Assembly (NCBI RefSeq): GCF_964355755.1
Contig: NC_092676.1
Location: 21,284,871-21,348,870, forward strand
From: Antedon mediterranea
Lineage: Eukaryota; Animalia; Echinodermata
Direction of reading: 5' to 3'
DNA length: 64,000 nt
Each line of letters starts with the position of its first letter. Within the stretch, counting starts at the first letter, position 1. Positions 28,001 through 41,587 of the stretch are shown in pieces. The position numbers were made by a program, and so were the translations under genes. The notes under the pieces are model-generated. The model searched no databases, had not been told where the DNA came from, and worked only from the letters and a program-made list of their open reading frames with translations.

Positions 28001-31000
28001 TTTAGTTTGTGAGCGTCTATATCGTTGCGTAGAACAGACTAAAAATGTACATTAACTAACCTTTGTCTTCTTACTAGTCCAAAATATCCTGTCATTTTCC
28101 AATTCAAAGTCAATAGCTGAAGCATGATCTGCCTCTGGAATGTTTATAGGTACATTACTTGAATTCGTTTCTAGACCCAACAGATGTAGTCCGGAGTTTT
28201 GATGCACAACCACAAGCATAGGCAATGGTTCTATGCAAGTTTTCTTGTCAGCATGTAACTCTAATCCAGTAGGGCATTTGCAGACAACGCCTGAAGGTGT
28301 ATACAGGCATAGGTTGCCACATCCACCATTGTTTTCACTACATGCATTTGTTCCTAAATATGAATACACATTTATTCATCATTAATACTGTATAAATAAG
28401 TGGAAACATAACTAAATTAGGTTAGGGTAGATCTAGAAAGACGAAAGTAATGATTCAATGGATCATTATTGGATCATCATCAATACAATCCGTGCAGGTG
28501 CTAGTTAGGGTTAACATCGTCCATATTCTGGTGTTGGAACAAGTCTTCCTGATTCTTGTGTTGCAACAAGTCTTTCGGATTGTGGTCTTTAAACAAGTTT
28601 TTCTGATTCTGGTTTTAGAACAAGTCTTCCTAATTCTGGTGTTGGAACAAGTCATTCTGTTTGTGGTCTTGAAACAATTTTCCTGATTCTGGTGTTGGAA
28701 CAAGTCTTTTTGATTGTGGTCTTTAAACAAGTCTTTCTGATTCTGGTGTTGGAACAAGTCTTTCTAATTTTGGTGTTGGAACAAGTCTTCCTGATTCTGG
28801 TGTTGGAACAAGTCTTCATGATTCTGGTGTTGTAACAAGTGTCTTTCTGATTCTGGTGTTGGAACAAGTCTTCCTGATTCTGGTGTTGGAACAAGTCTTC
28901 ACGTCTGCTGTTGTAACAATTGTCTTTCTGATTCTGGTGTTGGAAACATTCTTCCTGATTCTGGTGTTGGAACAAGTCTTTCTTATTTTGGTGTTGGAAC
29001 AAGTCTTCCTGATTCTGATTTTGGAACAAATCTTCCTGATACAATAAATATCGACAAGTTGACTCGACTTCATTCGCATTATGTGGTGTTATTGTAAAAT
29101 TACATCTAAGCATATTATGATAAAACACATTGTGAAAGTGGTCTCCAATTACCCTAGTTTAAATTACATGAGAGAAAAATAAAAACACACAAGAAGGAAT
29201 TTAATTGTAATAGTGGTGTGGGTGTAATTTACTTTACTTTACAAATCCATTCGATTCAGTCAGTCATGGCTGATGGCTCGTGACTGCTGCTTGCAGTCTT
29301 CAATTAATATAAGTCATCTGATAAATAAGTTAAACATAATTAAATAAAAAGAATTCATTACCCAATTTTTGGTTTACATCGATTGCTTTCAGACCCATCA
29401 ATAATGGAAGTGAATCGATTACTATTTCTCTGTCCGCTCCATTATTCTTATTCACACGTTCTATACTTCGTCGTTGCCAATCTGTCCAGTAAACATAATC
29501 CCCTGTAAAAAACATACAGACATATTATAACATGTGAAGCCTACGTGCAATATCATCATATACCATTACATGAACATACATTTCAATATCAGTGAGATTC
29601 TGTTTTTGTTTTTCTAGTTATTTTGAGTGAGTACCAGAGTGGTTGTATTGAATTGAATGGTTAAAATAAAATCTATTGTCATTTTTTATTACTTGTGATT
29701 TTTAAATTTATGTTGACTGACTAAAATCGTAATTGATTTCAATCAATTATAAAATAGATTTATATTTTACCAAGTAAGGTAATTCCAAAGATATGTGTTC
29801 CTCCTCCAAGATCGAGTAAAACCTCACGGTTACGCCCATCTACATCGGCGCACTCGATCATATCCGTCTTTGCATCTCCCCAACATATTCTTTGTTGTTC
29901 ATAGTCAATTGCAATGCCATTTGGCCAACCAATCGATGTATCAATAAGAACTTCACGATCACTGCCATCCAATGCTGCACGTTCTATTCTTGCATTTTCA
30001 CCCCAATCTGTCCAGTACATATATCTAAGAAGCAGACGATATAGTCGTTTAGCAAGTTGATTTGATTGTATCAGTATGTTACTAAGCACAGTTGTTATAA
30101 CTAAGATAGGCTTGAAGCATCTGACAATCTTCATTTGTCTCTAGACTTGATATCTTTAAACAACATATTTATTGACAGAATAAAAAAAAAGGTTAAGTAG
30201 TCCTAGAATAAATTGAAGACAAATTGAAATAAAGACTGAAGCTCAGTGACAGTGAATGGTGCTTCAATAATTGAAGGAGTGTTAGGTTAAAATCAACATG
30301 GAATTGTCAAAAGTATGTACAGTATTGTCTTTAAAATAGTGATAAAGATGACGAATATATGATGTTCAGTTTTATTGTTACTCTCAAGTTCCTTGTTTAC
30401 ATACCCATTTTTTGGATCTATAGCAATACCTCTAGGTTCATTCAAGTTCTCATCAATCAATACACAACGTGATGACCCATTTAAACGCGATACCCCAATT
30501 GTATCACTTCCAGCCTCAGTCCAGTACAGGTTGCGTGCAACCCAATCCACAGCAATTCCATCCGCATTAAAAGGGTCATCTTGAACAATCACTTCACCAT
30601 CTATAAAAATATATAATCGGAGTAGTGCATACGATTGATTTCTTCCTTCTCCAAAAAGAGCACCTAATCCCGGACCATGATCAGTATCTACGGGACGATC
30701 CCATACTCCTATCAAATAGTGTACCAAGTCCCTTACCATGCAAATATGCAATGTCTGTACACATGACCAACGATTTTACGTTACTTTAAGGAAAAGGCAA
30801 TTAAGATACTTATCAAGCGTATACGAGACAGTTCTCAAATACATGCCTCACATTAATACTAGGCTCTCCCATTATCCGCACCGTCCTCTCTCTTTATTTA
30901 AAAAATATTTTTTGACACCATACAAAAGCATGAAGCACGCCACAATACAGGAACGAAAGTGTAAGAAAATGCTTTCTAAATTAATAAAGATAAAGTAGGT

Positions 31001-34000
31001 TTGACCATCTAACAGCTACACTTGTGGACTTGATAGAATATTTGTATTGAAGGCCTACTACTATTTTTTAGACTCGGCTAAATCAGTCCATATTTCAACT
31101 CATAAAATAAATTGTATTTACTTCAATCATTAACATTATATTATTCAATACCTGAATCATCAAGCTTTGCTCTTCTGATGGACTTATATTTATATTCATC
31201 ATCGGTCCAATACATAACACCATCAACTGGATCATAGTCAACTGCAATCACATTCACTAACTCTTTATCTTCAATTACAACATCAATGAATTCTGGCGTG
31301 TCCAATGATATCTGCCGAATATCAACCCTTCTTGCTACTAGTAAAAACTCCTGAGGACCTATACAAAAGAAGAAAATGTTAATTGTTCAATCAGTCAGTC
31401 TAGTATTATCTATGATTGACTTTAGTAAGACAATTTGAGTTCAAATTATCCTATATTTTGGTACTTTTGAAAAATGATAAGACTTTAATACTTTGAAACG
31501 ACTTTTAATCTTATTCTGAAATAACCGTCTTCTTAAAATATTTTGTTATTAAATTTCTCTTGACACTAGGATACTACAGATATTGTTTTACACTACATTA
31601 CATTGCACACCTGAACAAAAACAAATTTTTTTAAGGATTTTTCATCGAGCCCTAATTCGATTCAGATCAAACGAGCAACTCTGTCAAGAAAATTATTTGT
31701 GTAATGAAGTAAATGTAATGAAATTAATGAGAATATTGTAAAATATAACGGATTGCATTTCCATTTTGAAGAAGACAAATTTGTTTTATTTTTCAGAATT
31801 TTAATTACATTTTAATTAACATACCATCGGCACACGTGAGTTGATCTTCAAGAAGTAGTACACCAGTTGGACAGGCACAGGAATGGTGAAATTCATTTGG
31901 AGCCATTAAACACAGGTGTGAACAACCTCCATTGTTTACAGTACATGGATTAAAACCTGTCAAGAAGAACGTTTTTCTACCTATATTATTAATCATAGAA
32001 GGTGGAATAAAGGATGGACATCTAATTATATTCACTTCATGTGTCTTGACACAAAATTATGTAACTCGACCTACTGATAATTTTTCGGTTTTTCTATAAG
32101 CTTCATAATTCCACACATACAAAAAATATGACTCTACAGTTCTTTTTTACTTCTAACAATATTCCAACAATTCCAATTTGTTCCAATTCCAACAGCAACA
32201 GAGAAAATTTATTTACGGGCGGTTATAGGACTGGTTTGAACCCATGAACATGGGATTGGTAGGCGAGCAGTGCAAATATATTGATGTCTTGACAATTAAA
32301 ATGATTTGTCATTAATTGTTATTGTTGTTTAAGTTTTAAACTTGTTAAAATTATGTGTTACGAGAAAATGTATCAGTTAAGAAAAAAATCTTCATTATTT
32401 ATGAAGTCTGGTGTTTTTTTTTTCTTCTTAATTCTGTAAGATTATTTATATTTTATATTTTTCTTTTGAGGAGCCTAATCACTACAAGTTATGCTTCCAT
32501 TTAGGCTCCTCCACTTTATATATGTTTATTAGGAAAGTGAATAAAATATGAAATGAAATTGTTAATTTTTACTTGATGGTTGTCTTTCTGCAGAATAAAC
32601 TCGTATATCCATCACTGAAGAAATATTGTCTTCTACCACAGTTCGCCTACTTCCATCATATTTATTACAGGAAATAATACCACTTTCTTTCCAGTCTGTC
32701 CAATATACTGTATCCGCAAAGACAGTCAATGCGTATGAATGGGGGATTGAATCAGCCCCCTCAATCACAGATAACCTATTCGATCCGTCAAAATCGCAGC
32801 TGTGAATGAAGGCCCTTTTGGCATCAGCAAAAAAGAGTCGTGACTCCTCATAGTCGATTGTTAAGCCATTTGGCCATTCGACATTGTCGTCTATAATTAC
32901 AGATCGTCTGGTTCCGTCCATTCCGGCACGCTCGATTTTTGGCACTTCACCCCAATCTGTCCAATACATATACCTTAAGAAAACAACATTTAAAAAAATA
33001 TCTAAACATCGGGCCAATACAAGTACTAACAAATAGACAGTAAACCATCACACTTCAGAAGAGAAGACTATATTTGAAAGTTCCTGCAAACGATAAATGT
33101 GACCAGTGATAGATTTTGGCAAGCACAGGAAAGTGGAAGGCACCTGTGTTGGTGGGATGTGCAGACATCAACATACAAATTATGAACAGAACCGTAAGTC
33201 ATAAGTTGCCCGATTGGTATAGGCTGGTATGTCGTTTATATGAATGTCGTGTATATTTTTTGTTAAAAGCAAACTTTGACTTTATTTCATATCTTGATAA
33301 TATAAGGAATGAAAAAAAATATGTTGCCATTTTTTCAAAAGACATTTAAAGGACCAAATTCAAGATGGCCGCCAACATTCAAATAACCCTATTAAAAATC
33401 AGAATATCATCAATAATACAAATTATAAATGTGGAACAAGTCCGTTTTGATGGTATTACTGTACCCATTATACAATCCTAACTATGTAAAGCGATAATCT
33501 GTCGGCCATCTTGGATTTCAAAATGGCCGCCACTAAAAATTAAATTCTTTAAATAATTTTTTTTAAATATGTGTGCATAAATTGTTGTTTGTACACAATG
33601 TTCTAAAATTGTCACTTCTCACAGGATTGTAAATTGTAAATATAAGGCTAAAGTTGTCAATGTCCTCTATAACAGATATATAATACCCCACTATGACTAT
33701 AAAATTAAATAATCGTTCAAAGTTGGAGTTGCAAAAGTATGGAACAAATTAACAATTTATATCAAATATTCAACAACAATTACGTCTAACTAGAGGGTTA
33801 GACATCTAGTTCGCTCGCTCCCCTCTAGGAAGTGTAAACTAAGGTTCTCGGAAGGATAATGACTCGGGTAAAAAGGTTTTAGAACGACGTTCTCCTTGTA
33901 CGTTTTCTGTCGGTTACCATTATTGAAAATGCTTGACATTCGAAAAACTAAACCTACTCTGTTTCACAGTGTCTTAGATGATTAATAACATTTTAAAGTA

Positions 34001-37000
34001 TAGTGTTTATTGTTTTATAGGGATGTGGGGAGGCAGAGTTCATTTGAGGGAGTTGCTTATTCGAGGGATTTTTTAGTCTTAATAATATCGTAACATTTAT
34101 AATCAAATAAAATCCTCTAATAGATATGAAAAGTGGTAAAAAATTATAACAAATGCTTGGTAAATTATAGTTAACAGTGTAATGAATTCTATTATAAATA
34201 GTATATACAATATTGTGTGTATAATTAATGTGGATGGGCGTTTATTAGATAGTTGGGTAGGTGGGGGGAGGGGGTGTAGGCGATTATTATTCAAAGTGTT
34301 TTATTGGGGAGGCGTTTATTCAAATAAATACCATCATAATACATTATTTAATTTAAACATCTTTTGAAACTAACTTCCGCGACAGTGTAGGCCGTTTCGG
34401 CCCAAGAAGGAAGATGTTTTAGACGGCTTGCAATATGGGCCCTAATGGGACACAGATAGCCTACAGTTATTCCTGCCAGCTTACTCAATAAAACTCGGCT
34501 ATCGGGATTTTATTTTTTAACTACTGTACCTTCACACGCGTGGTTCAATCCGAAAATAAACAAAAAACTAAAATAGCTAATAGCCACTAACGACCAACTT
34601 TACTGAAACCAGGTAGTTGCAAGGTGAACCTGTGAACTCATCGTGAACCCGGAAATTACTTTGACCGCGTACAATTGAAATTGAGTTGAAAATCTACCGA
34701 TGAATCAGAAATTTTGTTTTAAAACTCTTTATAATATATTCCTAAGATAGAAATATGGAACAATATCGTAATAGTGAAAACTGTTTTACATTTCGCGGTA
34801 CACCTGAGATAGTTCAGGTAGGTATCCAAGGCAGAAATTTGTTCCAAAGTTTTTCCATTGTGCTCGCCTATGTCAGAATTAACCATAATTTATATATAGA
34901 TTCTAAATTACAGATCTCATTTCTTTTCATGAAACTGAAACTTAACAGGAGACAGGACCACAATATAAAACAAGTGCATTTATACCTTATTGTGAAATCC
35001 TGTATAAATATGTTAAATAATAAATGCGTTATTGCTATGTAATTCAATGTCTGAACCTTCAGAGCCATAGTCACCAGTATGGTTGGTAAGTTTCAACCTA
35101 TCAACTTTTGGCAGAAGCTTGAAGGAAATACAGATAAAGCTCTGCCTATAAATAACCTTGTAAATGAATGAACTCCTACTTCTCATCTTCTACAATCTCA
35201 ACCAATTTCATTAGATATGTACCCCCTACAGACAGACCAGCATTATACACTGGTTTGATGAGTGCACATGGTTGTGGTATAAAAACCCATGTACTAGGGA
35301 AAGACAAGAATGCCTGGTGATGACTCTTACCCGAGATGAGTGGAGGTGGACAGAAATGACATCAAAAAGCAATTATTATGTCGACCCGGTGAACTATATG
35401 GCTTTTGGTTGGACATGTAGCATTGTGAAAATAGTGTTGAGGCAAGTGCTTTTGTTGAAACTGAACTTGTATTACCTATACAACTAGTGACACAAATCGG
35501 GACAAAAATATCTTAAATGGAAAACATCTGTAAAGGACAAAAGAACACTAATTCTGCTTTCTCTCTACAACTTGCTTCTACAAATGCAGACGGAGAAAGA
35601 GATTCTAAGTTAAGTATCATTTTGTTTGAAAGAGGCTGATCATAAAGATATTAACTTGAATACTGAGAGTCGACGAAATCTAAATGATGTTGTTAAACTA
35701 TATCCCTATATACAGTATGGTATGTATATGAGAGGACATGTATGTGTGAGACTTGCTGGATTTACATCAATTGATCAGGGTCATTGAGCGTGGTATCATT
35801 GGAATAACACAAATTAATGATTTCATCAGAGCTGGCAAATTTTGTTTACATTTAAAGAGAGATGATATCCCGATTAATGAAGAATGCTGCAATTCGCACA
35901 AAGGTGTTTGTTGGCCATGGCATGATGAAATTGGACAGAAAATGTTTGAGGCATTGGTAAAAGTCTTGTAGAAGGCAAACTGTCTATATGGGATCCTAAG
36001 AAAACGACGAATATTGGCAAAAAATATATATGACGGTGAATACAGGTGACAAACTTATCAAAGTAAAAGAAGACTCCTATAGAGATTATTTGCCGGTGAA
36101 ATGAGGTATTTCAGTTATTTTGCCAATTTGTTTCTGAACAAGGTCTGTGGAAGTTTGATGGATACAGCAGTAGAGAACGAAGGAAGGTCAACTTACTGTA
36201 TCGCATCCAAGATTAGAAATATTTCATTGAAGGACTTTGGCAGAGTTAGTTGTCATTTAACTGAAGAAGTTTATGAGATGTTTTAATATGAAGAAGTGTA
36301 CTGTCAGTACTGTAGACCTCCTGATGGTCAACATTTTGTGTTAATCACCATGTTGTTGTCATAAGCATATCATTTTGTGTATTTCAATCTAATTTTATTT
36401 AACTTATACAAGTTTTAATAAGAAATTTAACCCATTTAAAAAAAATTGCAGCCATTTTAAAATTCAAAATGGCCGCCATTTTGTGTTAATCACCAATGTT
36501 GTTGTCATAGGCCTATCATTTTATGTGATTTCAATCAACGTCATAACTTGCACATGTTTTAATAAGAAATTTAATCCATTTTTTAAAAATGGCGGCCATT
36601 TTGAAATTCAAAATGTCAGAATACTAATGAATATAGGTTTATAATAATTCTTATATAGCAGAGAACCCATATGAACTTAAAATATTATTCATAATGGGTG
36701 TTACTTTGTCCAATATGGTACATTTATTGGATATTTTACATATTGGCGGCCATCTTGGATTTGACACCCTTAAGCTTTTTAAAAAAAATGGCAACATATT
36801 TTTTTCATTACTTTACATCCTAAAGACACTAAATCAGCTGGAATTTTGCTTTTAACAAAAAAAATGACACGAAATTACATACTGGCCTACACTATATGGT
36901 TTTCCTTAATTAATGTATTTTTAGTCTTTTCTTAAAACTCTATTCTTAAAATAGTATTATGTAATATGTTGTTATAATTGGAAGGTGGCTTAAAACAAAG

Positions 37001-37861
37001 GCTATGCCTTAATTTCTCTAAAATATAATACAAAATGGGTTTATTTACATTTCTTTGTTATATCATATCCTAAAAATAATTGTAGGCTTACGCGTGTGTA
37101 CTAAACTAATTTTAGTTTTACCATTATAGAACCACGAACTATAAAATGCAATATATATTTTAAGACATTATATAAAAATGTTAAGAATAAAATCAAAGAG
37201 ACCTACCCATTCACTGGATCCAAAACAATCGCACGTGGTTTGTCAATATCATCCAAAATAAGAACCTTTTTTAAACTGCCATCAAAGTTAGCCACTTTAA
37301 TTTGTCTACTTTCTCCATCTGTCCAATAGATGTTACGGCCAATCCAGTCGGCTGCAAGGCCTTCGACGGTAGATGAAATGATGTCCTCACCACTATTGCC
37401 TTGTGATACATTTAACGATGTTCTTGTTATTGTATTACGACTGTAATCAGCCCAGAAAAGATACTGTTCATCGTATATAAAATCGACTGCGGTGGCATCT
37501 TCAAGGTTGCTGATAACAGACCGGCTATTATCACTCTCAACATCAAGAAGTCGGATATCTATGCGATTTGCATACAGCAAATATGTCTCAGCTACAAAAA
37601 TAATGTTAGAGAAGTAGCTTAACTGGTTAAGCTTATTGTATGCAAGCCTATAACCACACCCCTACCTTCTAGATTCTAAGCTAATTGTTCACAGTTCATT
37701 TGTAAAGTAATAAGATTGGAACATTATTAGACAAGGCCTTAATTGTTGTTTACACCAAAGTCCGTTTAATTATTATCATTAAAAATGAAAATATTCCTAC
37801 CTGTTGCAAACGATAGAAATACAGACAAATTTACCACGTTGAGTATTGTTAAGAAATACAT
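22075..37861 (-). CDS. LRP5/6: LRP5/6 (Arrow)-type protein, ectodomain only: signal peptide, 4x(YWTD propeller + EGF), one LDLa repeat, stop; 1279 aa
   Basis: 19 exons: 37801-37861, 37207-37591, 32573-32973, 31825-31956, 31152-31358, 30405-30600, 29771-30024, 29362-29502, 28061-28353, 27663-27889, 27264-27445, 26454-26657, 25848-25973, 25220-25416, 24432-24625, 23809-23996, 23426-23620, 22712-22837, 22075-22205 (3840 nt, GT-AG, phases consistent). LRP5/6 hallmarks: [62 protein letters not shown], degenerate 4th propeller, [12 protein letters not shown]. Confidence 0.93.
24111..24200 (-). mobile_element. tRNA-derived SINE head or degenerate tRNA-like fragment
   Basis: Minus strand has B-box GGTTCGATTCC and A-box-like AGTGGT; no complete cloverleaf. 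Confidence 0.45.
26204..26349. mobile_element. PIF/Harbinger-type MITE
   Basis: TIRs GGCTCTGTCTACACTATCA / TGATAGTGTAGACAGAGCT flanked by TTA on both sides. Confidence 0.78.
28526..29039. repeat. 27-bp minisatellite (TTCTGGTGTTGGAACAAGTCTTCCTGA), about 19 units, in an LRP5/6 intron
   Basis: Direct reading of head-to-tail units; accounts for the repetitive ORFs at 28450-29128. Confidence 0.92.
33215..36894 (+). mobile_element. Decayed Academ(X)-like DNA transposon in LRP5/6 intron 2
   Basis: About 170-bp imperfect TIRs; the right end reads TAGTGTAGGCCAGTATGT on the minus strand, the left TGGTATAGGCTGGTATGT. Subterminal AAGATGGCCGCC/AAATGGCGGCC repeats. Possible 3-bp TSD (GAT/TAT). Broken internal coding remnants (PPTD.AL, DP.NY..GW near 35220-35410). 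Confidence 0.65.
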
Positions 37862-40800
37862 TCTTTCATTTTTTTTGGTGTGAAAGAAGTGAATGAAATA
37901 GAAACGCACAGCTAAGTTTACTCTCAACGAGAAAAGGAAACTTTATTTCCTGTATAAGTATCTGCCAGTGATTGTCTGTACCTGGTATAAACACAGTTCA
38001 AGGTTTAGTTCATTATCATTTTACAACAGAATGGCATTAAACAAAACATATTTTCTTTCCTGCCAGTAAACACAATTACATAACATTTTTGCGTATATTA
38101 CGGTATGTTGGACCGTCGATTGTGTGATCGTTCTTCATATAGTCCGGTGTTTTGCTTTGATTTGCCTTCAATGCAATGCAGTCATTATTTTATTTTAATA
38201 AAAGATAAAAAAAAAGACATGGCTGTTAAATGTTAGGGAGGGGGGGGGGGGGTGTTTGTATAAAGCTTGTTAACCCTCCCCCCTCCTAAATCCTTCCAAG
38301 TAAGAAATATCTATGGAAGCCTTCCAAAGATAACTAGTATCAATGAGATGACAGTAATTTGCAGGAAAGTGTGGTATAGTCTAGACTAGTTAGACCAACA
38401 CAGGGATAAGGAACGTGGGAAGACCTGCCTATATGATAGCATTAGTTAACAAGCTTCAAGAAGACACTGGCTATACAATCAAAGATCTACAGACCAATAT
38501 AATAATTTGCAAAATATACATTTTTGAGAATCCGGAGAGAGCGGGTAAACATTATACCCGGAGGTAGCCTTTAAAGTGGGACTCAATTATTCTATAATTC
38601 TTATTTTATATAGTTCTTATCCGAATCGTCTTTACCAACAAAACACTCAACATAAAAACAGATTGACATGTTCATCTTTTAATATACTATTTGACATTAG
38701 GTGTATAAATGACGGTGGCTTCGAGACAAGACGATAGGTGCAGAGATAAAGAGCAGGTATATGCCAAAGTTTCACACAATGACTGGGTTCACATTAGAAT
38801 AATTCTGAATTGTTTGCAAAAAGCATGCATACCATGCAAGTACATGGATAGTGGTTGCAAAACCTTATGCTAGTGTGAACCAGTCACTAGGAAAGCAATG
38901 CACTGTGTAATAAGATAATAAAATCTACGTCCCTGGACTTATTATTAGGAAGAGTTTCTCACATCAATGACAGCTAATGGTTCCTACTAACGAACCTTTT
39001 TTTTTTTTATTTGACAACAACTAAATGTTAATGATTTCACAGTTATCGTCTTCACACTTAACATGTAGGCGATATAAAAAACACAAATCACCACAATAAC
39101 TTATCCTCAAAAGAACATACAATGGTATCTTAGCAACTGATACCAGGAATACCAAGATATAGTCATATTTTTTACAAAAATGGTCAGAAATATGACTATA
39201 CAAAGGCTTGCAATTTTCGTCATATGTACTCACAATTTTATCATGACCTATTAGGATTATAAATCGTCAAAAATATGATATGGCAGTGAGTACATCAAAG
39301 ACGATTATTCAATTACTGGCTAAATACAAATTTATTCCATCAAAGTATATTTTAAATTTAGAAAAATTTGCAGAAAAAAAATGTTAATTTTGAAGAATCA
39401 CTAAAATCAAAACAGATTATCTTTTTAAATGTATGCGTTTGTGATAATTTGTAAAAACCTAATGTCTTGATTCCTATGCAAACCAGTTAGACCTTTCCAG
39501 TTAAAACTGGTTTAAACTGGAATTTGGTCACTGGTATTTACAAGTATCAACTGGAAATTTCTCCTGGATATTGTCTAACAGTTGTATTGAAGTGTTCAAT
39601 TTAAATTCTATTTTAAACTTTAATAGGCTAGTAGAAACAATAAAAATTACCTGACAAAATAAAACCAAGTAGTATAACACTACAACAATGGTTTAGTAAC
39701 TTAAATACAATTTCAAAATAATATTTCATTTCAACTAAATATAAATAAAATATAAACCCTGGTAAAGTTTTCCCTCCAAACACTTAGAGCCACATTTATA
39801 GAGACATACAATTTATAGGCCTACTACACATTTCGATATGGTATAATATAATATATATATTTTATAAATGCCACAAGTAAACCAAAGATAATCTCTTAAA
39901 TTAACAAAAATATTGTTTACCACATTAAAGATTAAATGCCTCTTCATTCAGAAAAGACTAGAAACACAACAACAAATTTATATGTGAATACACTTCAACA
40001 CCTAAACAACTTTTTGACTGGTGGTAATTGTGAACGGAGGTTTTTATCTTTTTCAAAATACAGTTATTTACATTTCATCACTGAAAATAATTTGTCTACA
40101 CTCCAAAATAGATTTAAATTAACTTTCTATGCTTTTACTGGAACTGCTCAACTCATTTTCGAGACAATGGTTATGTAGACATCTTTGCATCGACAACACC
40201 TGCCTGAATTTACATATTTTGAATGTTGTGTGAACACAGGTAACCATGGTTAACACAGACAGCCTAAGAACAAAGGCTGTACTGCTAACACAGTTCAGCA
40301 GCAATGTGAACACAGCTACGCAGCTGAAGATAAAGAGCCCAGGTAACACAGCCAGTCCTGAGAACACAGCTAGGCAGCAATGTAAACACAAAGAGCCCAG
40401 TTAACACAGGCAGTCCTGAGAACACAGCTAGGCAGCAATGTGAACACAAAAAGCCCAGTTAACCCAAGCAACAGTAACAAAGGACATATGAAGCCATTAT
40501 AACACAGGCTGCATTGTCTATGAACATAGGCAGCACTGTGAATACAGTTAAACAAGCAAAAATTGTGCAAAGTGAACCCGTGCATCACTGTAAACACATC
40601 TAACACAGTGATCACAACTGTGAAAAGAGGCAGCCCAATTTAGAGCATAGAAACTTTATGAAAACCAACCATAAGAGACTATTATTGTTAGCTTTTATAT
40701 TTTTCAAGATGTACTGTTCTTAAAAACAAGTAAACAAAATATAATAGAACATTAAACAAACATGGCACCGGGTCAGGTGGTTCAGGTGGAATAGAACATA

Positions 40801-41587
40801 ATTTAAGCTCATACCAGGAATTGGTATCTTACTTATCCTGCACTAGCTAGTGATCTGCCAACTAAAACAATGTATGTCATTGATAATAAAACATAAAATG
40901 CAAGTTCAGTTATTTGTGTTTTGTTGTTTGTAAAATTCAAGTGTAACTAAAAAGAATAATAAAAATAAAAATAAATTCTGTAGAAATAATGTTAAGACTA
41001 ATTTATTTTTCTATGGGGTGGGGTATCATTTTTAAGAACAACACATCTTTAAGTGCTCATATTAACTTTATTATTATGATACATCCATGGACATGCATAG
41101 CAAAACAGGCTGAATCTAACTATAGAAAAATCAAGGAATTATTGTTAACAATTAAGCCAGGTTTGTATTCCCAATAGAACGCAGCACAAGGATGTAAGCG
41201 CAATACAAGCGACCAATGACAAGTTCTGATAATCAATCGCTTACGTTGCGCTTATGATCCTGTGTTGCGTCCAAGGTTCATCACTACAGTTTAGATTACC
41301 AATACAAATTTATAATTGCTTGTTTAAAGGTTAACTGTACATTGTTAAATTATGTCAGCTTGCAAAGTAAGACACAGTAGGAATAGAAAAACATTTAACT
41401 TATTCACAATTCAAACTCTTAAACGTTTTGAATAGATTTAAGCTTTCTGCCGTCATTGAAGCACAGTACGTATACTTGACACCAGCGAAATAAAGCAACC
41501 ATTTCTTCGTCGGGACCATGGAGACGATGATTCAAGGCAACGGTCCAAGACGCACCACATGCGTAATTTTAGGTTCTTTTAGATGAT

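Noticed and set aside
28450-29128. Repetitive ORFs (KTCSNTRIR / FQHQNQED) and CRISPR-like periodicity
   Set aside because: Head-to-tail 27-bp minisatellite with no unique spacers; the LRP5/6 frame splices over it in phase.
38340-38490. Short coding-like stretch upstream of LRP5/6
   Set aside because: Resembles a heavily decayed LINE 3' fragment with stops; too degenerate to call.
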